Both the position numbers and the translations under genes were made by a program. Shown piece after piece: positions 1 through 11,072 of a stretch of DNA of 64,000 nt. Location: the NCBI RefSeq assembly GCF_006345805.1, contig NC_043000.1, forward strand, positions 62,558,001 through 62,622,000, read 5' to 3'. The DNA comes from Octopus sinensis. Its lineage: Eukaryota. Each line of letters opens with the position of its first letter. Position 1 is the stretch's first letter. Under the pieces are notes generated by a model. That model saw nothing but the letters and a program-made list of their open reading frames with translations, was not told where the DNA came from and made no database searches.

Positions 1-82
1 ACACACATACACACACACACAAATACATACATACATAATTATGTATGTGTGTGTGTACGCCGCACCCATACATACATATATA

Positions 83-928
83 CGCGGTCTAATCAATAAG
101 TACTCGGACTCTTGCCATAGTAACGAAGTTAAAGCACGCGGTGTGAAGCCGCTAGGCAAACATTGGCCTTGAACTCTACTCTGCATGTACACTAGGTTTC
201 AACGTTCTAGCTCACTTCTGCTGTTTACAGCAGTGCTTGGAAGGAAGGTGTGTAGCGCGTAATCGTCGAATTGACCATGACAGAGTAAGTTGCCATAGCC
301 ATACCTACACAGAGGCCTACACAAAGTTGCAGAAAGTGTATGATGTGGACGAGTGGTTCAGATGTTTCCAAGATGGCTGAAAAAATGTCGATATTGACAA
401 ACGTTCTGGGAGACCCGCAAACAGCAGAACTGAGCAAAACATCGCAGATGTGCGTGCAGCTATGAGGGGAAATCATCGAATCACCATCCGTGAGTTATTA
501 GAGGATTAGTTACGGCTCAGTTCAATCCATTATTACTGAAGATTTCGGTATGAGACGTGTCTGCCAAGTTTGTGACGAAACTGCTTTCAGCTGACCAAAA
601 TGACACTTGGGTTTCAGTTGCACAAGATCTCCTTTATTGTGTCAAGAACGACGAAAACTTTTTGAAAATTTTGCATAGGCCTCTGAGCTGGTATTGCCAA
701 GCTTTTGGCAAAATTTGATGCAGATTTTCTGCTCAACTTTCTGTCATGATCAGTGAGACGATCACACGCTACACAGGTACTTTTCAAGCATTGCCGTAAA
801 CAGCGGAAGTGAATTAGAACGTTAAAACTTAGTGCACATGCACAGCAGAGTTCAAGGTCAATCTGTGCCAAGCGGCTTTGATCTGCGTGCTTTAGCTTCG
901 TTACTCTGGCAACAGTCCAGATACTTAT
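83..928 (+). mobile_element. Mariner-derived non-autonomous element: 5' end plus transposase N-terminus on +, closed by an inverted second 5' end
   Basis: TA followed by a TIR-like start CGCGGTCTAATCAATAAGTACTCGGACT at 83. Degenerate mariner N-terminal peptides on + (TEAYTKLQKVY, EWFRCFQDG, KRSGRP, SVQSIITEDFGMRRV, VKNDENFLK). 665-928 is an inverted homolog of about 95-320. Confidence 0.8.
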
Positions 929-1064
929 GCAATTTTTACCTTTTCGACTTTGATAAAATAAGTATCTGTTAAATACTTAGGTTGTTAAAATCAATTGCTC
1001 ATACTCTAAGAAATGTGACGTCTTGTGCTTATGTTAGAAATCGACATTTAGATACACCCGTTTT

Positions 1065-1200
1065 ATTTTTTAAACTCCAGTTCCGCCGGAGACTACTTTG
1101 CTTGTCTATCTTTCAGGGATCGACAGGTACTAGTTATATGCAGAGCTCGTTTCCCACCACCTGCCTCACACTAAAAGAAATATTGTCAGCTTTTCCTTAT
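1065..1200 (+). mobile_element. Degenerate fragment of the abundant Nin-domain-like tRNA SINE
   Basis: Resembles the central block (GTCGACTTTGCCTTTCATCCTTTCGGGGTCGA type) of the better copies at 9453-9682 and 12916-13080. Confidence 0.45.
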
Positions 1201-1577
1201 GGTTATGAATTCATTCATGTTTGATAGTATTAATTCAGTTTCTTATTCCCATAAATTTACTTCAATAGCAAAACTTTAAATAGCTGTAAGATATTGCACA
1301 ACGAAGGCAGAGATTTCACAAAAGATAGTTCTATAAACAAGAACAATTAAGTTTTCTACAATCTACTTTTGTTAATTATTCTGCTCAACGTGCTGTTTAG
1401 TTTCAGGTCGCTTTTACGTGTTGCTACAAGTAAATCGTGTCCTGACATAAGACACCTGAAGTTATCGTCAATTTACGTGTCGTGCACTAACTTCTGTAGA
1501 TTTATTGAAACTTTAAATTACTACCTTGGTTTAGTTTACTCTTTTATATGCAACGTCTATGTCCATATATGTTACTG

Positions 1578-1578
<1 letters not shown>

Positions 1579-1608
<30 letters not shown>

Positions 1609-1706
1609 TGTATGTATGTATGTATGTATGTATGTATGTATGTATGTATGTATGTATGCATGTGTGTGTGTATGTATGTATGTATGTATGCATGTATGTA
1701 TGTATG
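1579..1706. repeat. (TATG)n microsatellite
   Basis: Direct reading; explains the MYVC/HTYI ORFs. Confidence 0.97.
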
Positions 1707-1843
1707 TGTGCGTATATATACAAAAGTTCATTCCTCTTCCATTCAACATTTCTCCGACCACACCAAGTGATATAAGAACGATTATGCAATTTAATGAGTT
1801 TAATTCTGCTCAAAACTGTAGTAGAAAAATATATATGCATACA

Positions 1844-1886
<43 letters not shown>

Positions 1887-2278
1887 TGTAGTGTTATATT
1901 TCGGGACGGTTATTTTATTTTGTCAAATAAACTTAAGTACAATATATTCGTTCTTCACTTGTTTATTATTATTGTTGTTGTTGTTGTTGTTGTTGTTTTA
2001 TGTCCATTATCTGGAAATCTTTCTTCTCACGTCTTTAGCGACTCTCCATCCTACATGTCTCCTCCTATTCTTTTAATTACTTTCTGACTAAACAGAACAG
2101 AAGGAGCCATAAAATAAGAACAACAATAAACAAGTGAAGAACGAATATATAGTAAGTATGTTTATTTGGCAATAAAAGTGACTATCCTTAAATATATCAT
2201 TTGTTCTATATTTAAGACATGAGGAATTATGTACATTATTTACATTATTTACATTTGACGGATATTTGTCCTCATCTT

Positions 2279-2423
2279 GCATGGCGTAATGGTTAAGAGC
2301 GCAGGCTAATAACCCCAAGATTCCGAGTTAGATTCCAGGCAGTGACCTGAATAATAATAATGATAATAATAATAATAATAATGATAATAATAATAATGAT
2401 GATAATAATAATAATAATAATAA

Positions 2424-2458
<35 letters not shown>

Positions 2459-2502
2459 TGATGATGATGATGATGATGATAATAATAATAATAATAATAA
2501 TA

Positions 2503-2553
<51 letters not shown>

Positions 2554-2729
2554 TAACAACAACAACAACAACAACAACACCATCGAAAAATACCTTAGGA
2601 ATAAGAACCCAGGTTCGAAATTTCCCAAAGACACCTGAAGAAGGCTGGAGGGTATATCAGCCGAATTGTTGTGTTAACAACAAACAAAATGAGGGCAAAT
2701 ATCCGTCAAATGTAAATAATGTAAATAAT
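2279..2729 (+). mobile_element. tRNA-derived SINE with internal (AAT/GAT/CAA)n expansion and a hammerhead-like 3' module
   Basis: Pol III A box TGGCGTAATGG at about 2282 and a degenerate B box GAGTTAGATTCC. Microsatellite at about 2351-2579. Unique 3' module at 2580-2729 ending in (TGTAAATAA)2. Confidence 0.75.
2631..2674 (+). ncRNA. Degenerate minimal type I hammerhead ribozyme-like motif (Penelope type)
   Basis: ACAC-CTGAAGA-A-GGCTG-(10 nt loop)-CAGCC-GAAT-TGTT-GTGT. Stem I ACAC/GTGT, CUGANGA core and a perfect 5-bp stem II are present. The GAAA core reads GAAT in this copy. Confidence 0.55.
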
Positions 2730-3249
2730 ATATCAATATCTGTTTCAACAAAAGATTTCACATCAGGAATCTTGCAAAACAAATACATAAACACAGACAG
2801 ACAGGTATGTATTTATGAATGAATGTATGTATGTATGTATGTATGTATGGATGTATTTATGGATGGATGGATGGATGGATGGATGGATGGATGGATGCAT
2901 GCATGCATAAGATAAAGTGTGTCTGTATCTATAGAGTATCTATACAGATAAACTGGGAGCCGCTCCACCATGTTAAAATAAATACCAGATGAGCATTATC
3001 AAAATATGTTCGTTAGTTAACAGAGTTATGCTAAAGTTCCCCTGCGAACAGAGAGAACGTTAGTAGAAGATTGTTTAGTACTCAGCTTGAAACTCGCGTT
3101 AACAACCACGCTGGTTAAAATTGTCATTGAATTCCGAACCTGATTCTTAAAATGAATTGCATTTGATTGCGATATACAAGAGTATATTCAGCTTTGAATT
3201 CATTTAACTAACAACAACAAAACAAGGGAAGATAACCAAGTAAGAAGCT

Positions 3250-3428
3250 TCCACATAGTTCCAGTAGCTAAAATTAACAGCCAATCTCCATCAAATCATA
3301 GACTAACGTTTAAAAAAGGAGGTTATATTGAACGATGTACTCCTAGATATACAAAATACTGAAATAAACATAGCCTGTAATATTTCTGCTCGATCAGAGC
3401 TGAGCTGGAGTTAAACATCAACAACAAA
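3250..3428 (+). mobile_element. Fragment of a dispersed SINE-like repeat ending in (CAA)n; related pieces at about 52330-52520 (-) and 52680-52890 (+)
   Basis: Similar blocks with the same order (GGATACATTG/AATGTAGTCCTAG-like, GATCAGAGCTGA-like, CAACAAC tail) recur at three loci. Confidence 0.4.
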
Positions 3429-3469
3429 AAATAGGAGAGTAGACGAGAGGTTTCTTATATTTTTTCTTC

Positions 3470-3668
3470 CTACTACAGATACAAAGCCTAAAGTTATGAG
3501 GGAGGGAGCAAGTCGATTACATTGGCCCCAGTACTGCACTGTTATTTATTTTATCGACCTTAAACGAATGAAAGACAAAGTCGACATCGGTGGTATTTCA
3601 AATCAGAACGTAAAGCTGAAATAAATACCGCTAATTGCTTTTTTCCCGGCTTTGTGACGATTTTGCTT
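3470..3668 (-). mobile_element. Nin-domain-like tRNA SINE, copy 1 of a 4-copy cluster
   Basis: Contains the AAGTCGATTACAT...TTATCGACC...GAAAGACAAAGTCGAC blocks shared by the family. Confidence 0.75.
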
Positions 3669-3685
3669 TGATGTTTACTTATATT

Positions 3686-4090
3686 GGTTTCAAATTTTTG
3701 TACAAGGCCAGTATTCTTTTGGGTGTTGTGGGTGCTAAAGCGATTACATCGATTCCAAGGTTCAAATGGTATTCATTGGTACCACGAAAGGATGAAAGAC
3801 AAAGTCTGCCTCGGCGGAACTGGAACTCATGACTTAAAGACAGAAGAAAATATTTCGCCCAGTATGCTAACGATTCTGCCAGCTTGTCATCTGTGTTGTT
3901 ATAAGGCTAGTGATTTCGGTGCGTGGATAAGTCGATTACATCGATCCCAGGGTTCAGCTTGTACATATTTTATCTACTCCATAAGGATGAAAGGTAAAGT
4001 CGACGTCGGCGCAAATTGAGCTCAGACAGACCAAATGTCGCTAAGCATTTTGCCTGGCGTGCTAACGATTCTGCCAGCTTGCCGCCTTAT
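3686..4090 (-). mobile_element. Two head-to-tail Nin-domain-like SINE copies inside one 15-bp TSD
   Basis: Two family copies (about 3686-3888 and 3895-4088) flanked by ATGTTTACTTATATT at 3671-3685 and 4091-4105. Confidence 0.8.
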
Positions 4091-4193
4091 ATGTTTACTT
4101 ATATTAAAGTTGACTTTGCACTATTTCTACTCTCTTCCCCCTCATGGTGTATTTTTACTTTCAACAGTAATGAAATGCAGTGCGAAAAATATT

Positions 4194-4406
4194 GGCTTCT
4201 AATTTTGGCACAAGGCCAACAATTTCGGGGGAGGATCTAAGTCGATTACATCGTCCCCATTGTTCAACTGGTACTTATTTTATCGTCCCCAGAAAGCATG
4301 AAAGGCAAAGTCGACCGCGACAGCATTTGCTCTAACGTAAAGACGGGATAAATGCCGCTAAGCATTTTGCCCAGCGTTGTAACGATTCTGCCAGCTTGCT
4401 GCCTTC
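4194..4406 (-). mobile_element. Full-length Nin-domain-like tRNA SINE with 14-bp TSD
   Basis: Family head, core and tail present; direct repeat GTGCGAAAAATATT at 4180-4193 and 4407-4420. Confidence 0.9.
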
Positions 4407-5297
4407 GTGCGAAAAATATTAAGAGCACCACTGAAACTATATCTGATATTAAATAACGAGTTGTAAACAGTTTTTCGTGTTCTGCATTATTTGGTTTTTG
4501 GAAAGGAAATATTCCTGACAATTATCTCTTCACTAGAGATATAACAAGGTAGAAGTTTGCATAATTGTTAATCTAGGCCCTTAATCCTGTGTTGTATATT
4601 TTCTAAGTTCCAGATTAACACCATTACAGGTGTTTTCTATTCAACTTTATAAAATCCACCATCACAAATAAACGTAACAAAGTAAAAGATTTTTGTATCC
4701 TTTTTAAAGATAAAACTTTGGTTAGAATTTTTTTTTTTGCACTTTTTGAGGTAAGATAATGGCACATTTTATACAGTATACTGAACAAATTAATTTACCA
4801 AAATTCATAATCAATATCAAACCGTAAGGTTGTTTAAATGCAGATCGATTTTTGATAACCTACAAACCGACCAGCACCAGTTGTCTTCGATCGATTATTT
4901 CATTGCACAATCAGTCATTTCAACCAGTAGATGTCGTTATGTACACATCGAAAGAACCGATCGAATCCAATAAGATTCATTGCTCATGATGTGTCTTTTG
5001 GAAATGTTGACGCAGTAGGATTAATTAGATATATAGATTATCGTTGACCGATAGAAACAATCCATCGATTTTGTGGAACGAATTATTTTTAGTCAGAAGT
5101 TACCGTCAGAGATTCAGTCTGCAAATAAAACTTGTGAAAATACAAAAACAAAAAGAATGTAATCCAAATTATATTCGTTGTTCCTGGAGCTTGTGAATAT
5201 GTTTCGTTAGGTTCCACTGTGTAACTGTAGTCTCAACATAACAATTTCAAACCAGGTATTCAAGTTAATAACCTCACTAGTGTTTACAAGTGTGCCT

Positions 5298-5335
<38 letters not shown>

Positions 5336-5639
5336 TGTGTGTGTGTGTGGTTGTGTGTGTGTGTTTTATTTGGAAAGTTAAACTTCTTCATATTAATCTA
5401 CTGGTCTCAGTTGCTCAGATGTGGTATATTTTATGCACACGTTTCCATACATGTGTGTATATGCATGTTTCAATAAATACACGTCTATGTTCAAGATTTA
5501 CCTTTTTATTTTAGATTTTGTAATACTTTCTAATTAACTCACTTGGAGTGACCTGTCTATAGATGGAATAACAGTGGATTCCTCCTCAAGGACCCACGTT
5601 TTCAGCATTCTACCTTGCCACAATAAAAACAGAATGCCA

Positions 5640-6520
5640 AAACATACGACGTAATATAAATACATTAGGTACACAGATGATATTCTCGCTGTAATGGATA
5701 CTCTTTAGAAAACGGAGAGAGCAGAGAAAGTCTTAGAAAACAACACTGAATAAAAAATTTAACAAACAATAATACAAATGAGACTGTTTTTAAACATAAA
5801 TACAAGGTCGAAAATAAAAAAAAGGGCTGATACATTACGTTGGTATACACCAAAGAATGAAACACAGAAACAGTGAGTGTCCACATAACTTGGGATGTTA
5901 CTCCTCAAAATAGCATTTATATTGTCGTTCACAAAGAGCTCATCAGAGAAAGAAATGTATACAATTAAATATATATTAATTGGTGACTTTTCTAATAGAC
6001 TAGTAGACCAAGCTACAAAGGAATAGATATAAATACAACTAATATATCAGAGAATAGACTTAACAGAAATACATAAACCACAAAAAATTCTACTACATGA
6101 AACAAATGCACAAAACTATAGACCAGATGAACATATTGTTAAAACTGTCGTAAAAACTGCATCATACTTGATTATAAACTAATAATATACTACAAAAAAC
6201 ACCAATATTTTTTTAAAAAACATCTTTATCCGTAAAACACCACAAGCACGTGATCCCGAGAACAAAGTGCGGATGACAAACGTGATCTATAAATTTGATA
6301 GTAAAACCGAAAGTCGCAACACTTTTGCGTAGGTTCACCGTGCACTTGCAACATGAAGGTATTGCATAATATTACACCACACATTACGAAATGAAATTAA
6401 TCAGGAAATAGTAGAGGAGAATACAATCTTTATAACATTCCACCCAAAAGAAGCAGATAGATTATGGAAACCACACTCATATAGCAACAAATGCCAAACT
6501 TAACACGAAACAAAAAAAAA
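5640..6520 (+). mobile_element. Decayed Penelope-like retroelement (RT C-terminal part plus GIY-YIG endonuclease)
   Basis: YIRYTDDILAVMDT at 5661 (YxDD), KEMYTIKYILIGDFSNRLVDQ, MTNVIYKFD...(Y/C)VG GIY-YIG-like motif at about 6273-6350; many stops and frameshifts. Confidence 0.65.
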
Positions 6521-6539
6521 CTAGCACACGGATACTGAC

Positions 6540-6790
6540 ATAGAAAATAAAATTTAAGGCTTAAAATTTGAATGTGACAAATATATCAATATGCGACTGC
6601 TGATGCATGAATCTAGCAGTCAAAAGAACCTTTGTCCGGAAAGCCTACACGAATTTCACCAATACATAAGTAACAACATAGGAGTTAAATATATAATCAA
6701 TTCTAGAAAATGCGACAGTGAAGGTCTGGAAACATCAGTTATGGATTTAGGAATCTACTATCAGGAATTTTTAGAAATAATAAAAAAATA
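6540..6790 (+). mobile_element. Second GIY-YIG endonuclease remnant (Penelope-like)
   Basis: ENKI*GLKFECDKYIN.RLLMHESS resembles the N-x-IYG...C..CDK-YIG...RL.EH pattern. Confidence 0.4.
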
Positions 6791-7907
6791 GTCAAATGCT
6801 TTAATATATTCTTTTTGATTTTTTTTATAACTAGACTATAATCGACAATCTATTTTTTCTACTCAACCGCCTTTGGAACGATGCGATATCTAATCAGTAA
6901 TTACTTTTATTAATGAAAACAATTCAACCAGTGTGGTCATACTAATCGTTATTGATTCCTAGCTTGGACCCAAGGGACAGATTTCACTGAAGATGTTACT
7001 GAGTCATCTTTAAATGATTAATTATTTAAACAAAACTGTTCCTCCAAAGTTTAAAGTTAAATTCCACTTATTCTCAGAGTAATTCAATCTCAAATGACAA
7101 TACGATATTTACTTCACCGTAGTAATAGAAAAAATAAAATAAAGCCTGTTTGTAAAAGTTTCTGTCTCCTGTCGAACCCATGCGTGTGCATAACACACGT
7201 ATTTAAGTTAGATTTTTACTACACAGCCCACAAAATGTTTTACAATATTAATATTTGAACACCTGAACAATCATTGCTTGATATAACTGACATATCTTTA
7301 ATTGATTTTTACATTTCCTTACGCAAATATTAACTATTTCATTTTGTTTAATTATCCAATTACGTTTCATTTATAATTCGATTCACCGATGTCCGTTAAT
7401 TATTTCAATAAAACCCTTTCGAGTTATTTGAGGAATTTGCTTTTTATTTGTCGTTGTTTTTTGTTTTGTTTTGTTTTGTTTTTTCTTAGAACTTGGTGTC
7501 TTTTATTTTACCAATAAAGTCACTAAATTCATCACTCAATTTATTCTCATTCTATAAATGGCCCGCAGTTAATTTCAGCCGAATTGGATATTTCTACGAA
7601 TGACGTCATATAGACTTTGTCTACAAAATCATTCCTGAAAGGGATCTTAGATTTTATTGACATTTAAGGAAGTGTTATTTATATTTGTATATTATTTCAT
7701 CCATCTACTAAACATCGGGGTATTTGTTTTTCTTATTTCACCGGCTTCGTAGAATTGTTACGGAGTTTCCTTTGCAATTCCATGATTCCAAGTTCGATAA
7801 CACTGAGCAGTACATTGAAAAATAGCTTTCTATCCGAATCTCAATTCCACTAATGCCGTGTTTTAAAAATATTTTTGACGGAAACTGTACATAAGCTCGT
7901 TGGATGC

Positions 7908-7945
<38 letters not shown>

Positions 7946-8089
7946 TGTGCGTGTATTGAAATGAATTAGCTGAACATCTTGCTTAAGAGCATTATCTACT
8001 ATTATATATTGCGCAAGATCTGAAGCATATATATAAAATGTTTTCACAATATCATTATTTGGTTTCACTTCATTATTACAGTGTGTGTG

Positions 8090-8103
<14 letters not shown>

Positions 8104-8128
<25 letters not shown>

Positions 8129-8503
8129 ACTTATATTAAAAGCTGTAGCTTTTCAGGTCTGAGCTTCGCGTCCTTAATTCTCCATATGCTAACAAATATT
8201 CTTTCCAATATATGAATATATTTAAGCTCATCAGAAGGACACCCCACACACCTCCTTCCTTGAATGACTTTGAAAGACGCAAGCCCAGTCTCTAGGGGAA
8301 GTATGTGTGTGTGTGTGTGTGTGTGAATACTTATATTAAAAGCTGTAGCTTTTCAGGTCTGAGCTTCGCGTCCTTAATTCTCCATATGGTAACAAATATT
8401 CTTTCAAATATATGAATATATTTAAGCTCATCAGAAGGACATCCCACACACCTCCTTCCTTGAATGACTTTGAAAGACGCAAGCCCAGTCTCTAGGGGAA
8501 GTA
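8104..8503. repeat. 200-bp tandem duplication (2 units)
   Basis: 8104-8303 repeats as 8304-8503 with 3 visible substitutions in the unique part; each unit starts with (TG)n. Confidence 0.95.
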
Positions 8504-9452
8504 TAACATTTTGTTGATGCCTTCAGTAATTTTGAACAAAAAATCTCTATAGCTAATAACTTGCAGACAACTGCATCATTGCTTATTAAGGAATTTCTAG
8601 CTACCAACCAATGATGAAAGCTTGTTTTCCATATCCGAAAATATGGTTTCATTCATCATCATATAAACTTCATCAAAACAGTTACTTCCTTTACATACCT
8701 GTTGTTATGAGTACACTGCTTAAAAAAGTGAAAACATCGCATTTTCATGTGGTACCAAATAGGTGTAAATATCTTTTTCCTCACAGAGTAATGAACATAT
8801 GAAAAAAAGGCAATGCTTGTCCACGGTCTTTTTCCTTTCAAATCTCGACCTTAAGACAACGACTAAAGATAGAAGGTGGGGGAAAGAAAACAAAAGACAC
8901 AAATACAAATAGTGTAATAGGATCTAGTTGGTTTGGCTGCCAGCATTTCAATAATTAAAGTTTTAAAATTTGGCTCAATGATATACTTTTCCAAGCAGAA
9001 TTGCTGGAGTTATTTCACTTTTTCTAGAGAAATGTTTTTAAAAAGTTATTGAGACTTAAAGTATGATCACGTTCGCCCAGTGAGAAAATATGATTTGAAA
9101 GCTGTCATTTTGTGCGTGGCTGCACATTTTTTCATCAACATCCCGAAAATAGCAAGTGTTTTCAATATTTGTAAACAATACTTGTTTTGTAGTTTGAAGC
9201 ATTCAATATACATTTAATGCGATAGCACAAACTTATCCAAAAAACGTTATTTAGCTGTTATTTTTAGCACATTTCACAACCATCTCAATGGCAAAAAGAA
9301 ACGAGTAAACAAGTAGTTTTAAGCATTCAATATGCATTTAATACAAATGCGATAAACAACACGTTACAAATTAAATATTAAAAACAAAAAAACATTTTGC
9401 TGACCAGTTCATAACTTCATATGCTCAATTGTCAACAGAGGTAAAACGAATG

Positions 9453-9682
9453 TATTTCTTTACTGCCCACAAGGGGCTAAACATAGAGGGGACAAACAAG
9501 GACAGACAAAGGGATTAAGTCGATTACATCGACCCCAGTTGGAAACTGGTACTTTATTTATCGACCCCAAAAGGATGAAAGGCAAAGTCGACCTCGGCGG
9601 AATTTGAACTCAGAACGTAACGACAGACGAAATACGGCTACGCATTTCGCCCGGCGTGCTAACGTTTCTGCCATCTCGCCTT
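9453..9682 (-). mobile_element. Well-preserved Nin-domain-like tRNA SINE carrying a Tx1-LINE-like 3' tail
   Basis: Intact head (GGCGAGATGGCAGAAACGTTAGCACG on -), B box GAGTTCAAATTCC and core. The tail at 9455-9496 matches the Tx1 3' end at 15245-15286. Confidence 0.9.
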
Positions 9683-9964
9683 CAATATACTTGTCAACAG
9701 GTGCTTTCTCACAGACAAAAGAGTTTTCAAGTTCCGCTTGTTACTATGGATACAGGCATGAATGTATCTGTGGTTTACGATTGGCTGAAATTACAGCCAA
9801 TAAAAGTGTATCAATACAGTGAATATGAAATCAATTCAAATGGAATTGATGCTGGCAGCCAAACTGACTAGATCCGTGAAATGCACACACAAAAGACAAA
9901 CAGGCACATAAGCACGCATGTGAAAAACATAAACACGCATACGCACGCAATATTCAAACATAAC

Positions 9965-10178
9965 TTCAGTTTATCTCTATCAGGTCTAGTTTTCTGGCTA
10001 GACCTGATAGAGTAAGTATTTTATTCATACAAGAGGCATATAATATGAATCAATAAAGAGAGCGTAACACAAAACAAAACAAATTACAAATACAAATTCA
10101 AAATTGAAAATGTACATTGCCAAAGATTTTTGGCAGAAAATTCAAGGAATAAATTTACGTTTCTTTGTGCACTTTGAA
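9965..10178 (-). mobile_element. Fragment of the Chapaev3 3' region (second copy of 11160-11374)
   Basis: Near-identical to 11160-11374, including the last transposase codons (KRKFIP*). Confidence 0.9.
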
Positions 10179-10387
10179 CACACACATAGAGATACAGACT
10201 GAAACGCATGCGCAGATACACATCATAGAATGATAGAATGGACTAAGCTGAGCAGATGGATACACTTGGACGAAAAGGGTCATTGAAGAGGTCAGAGGCG
10301 TGTGCCAGGTTATCTGGCACAAAAAGACCACCCCGAAATATAACAATGTGCAACGATTGCTGAAATGTAACACTTTATAAGCCAAAA

Positions 10388-10437
<50 letters not shown>

Positions 10438-11072
10438 TAAGATAACAAAAGAAAGAAAGAGCCCTCAATATTAAACAAATAGAGGAATTTATCTATTAAT
10501 ATATTAATATTTCGGCTTATAAAGTATTACCGTTCAGTAATCGTTTGATTTAAAACCTGAAACTCAGAGTTACAGCGTCTAATAAAATACTTTACGTATT
10601 GAGTACTTTTGAACACAAATATTCTCTAGTCATAATATATTTGTGTGTGTATTTCATTGTGTGGGGAAAATAAATTTTGTTTAAGAGAAATACTTCCTTT
10701 ATCAAATCATTAAAATAAATACCAAAGTACTAGAGTCGGCATAATCGATTTCTGAGTACCAAACCGCAGCGTCGCAATTTCGCATTATTCAGAACCTATA
10801 ACTGAAATAAAAAAAAAACATTTTGAAACGTTCTTTTCTTTTTCTTATTTTGAATCTTTCCTTGGAATGATAACTGAGATGAATGAAAGCTTCGCGGAAA
10901 GAGTTTATGCCTGTACTTCTTTCACTTCATTATATTGACATGCCTTATGACTGTGTGTATTCATTTCTTCGTAATTGCATTGGTACTCTAGTAAGTATTC
11001 TTTTGATTATTCCTTTCTGTTATGTACAACAGTTGTACTGAGGCAAAATCATATTTGAAAATCTTTGCATTA

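Noticed and set aside
1531-1891. Overlapping ORFs such as MYVCMYVC and HTYIHTYI (also at 2293, 16772, 26617, 29216, 33332, 35364, 37283, 38303, 43141, 47289, 56042)
   Set aside because: Translations of microsatellites that happen to lack stop codons; no coding signal
4780-5120. CpG/TCGA-rich unique-looking segment as a promoter
   Set aside because: No downstream gene or defined motif in the window to support it
6975-7015. CTGAAGATG..CATC downstream of the Penelope remnants as a second hammerhead
   Set aside because: No GAAA core or stem I partner is visible
8712-8735. TA-CACTGCTTAAAAAAGTG resembling a Tc1 left TIR
   Set aside because: I found no matching right TIR with TA and no transposase sequence nearby
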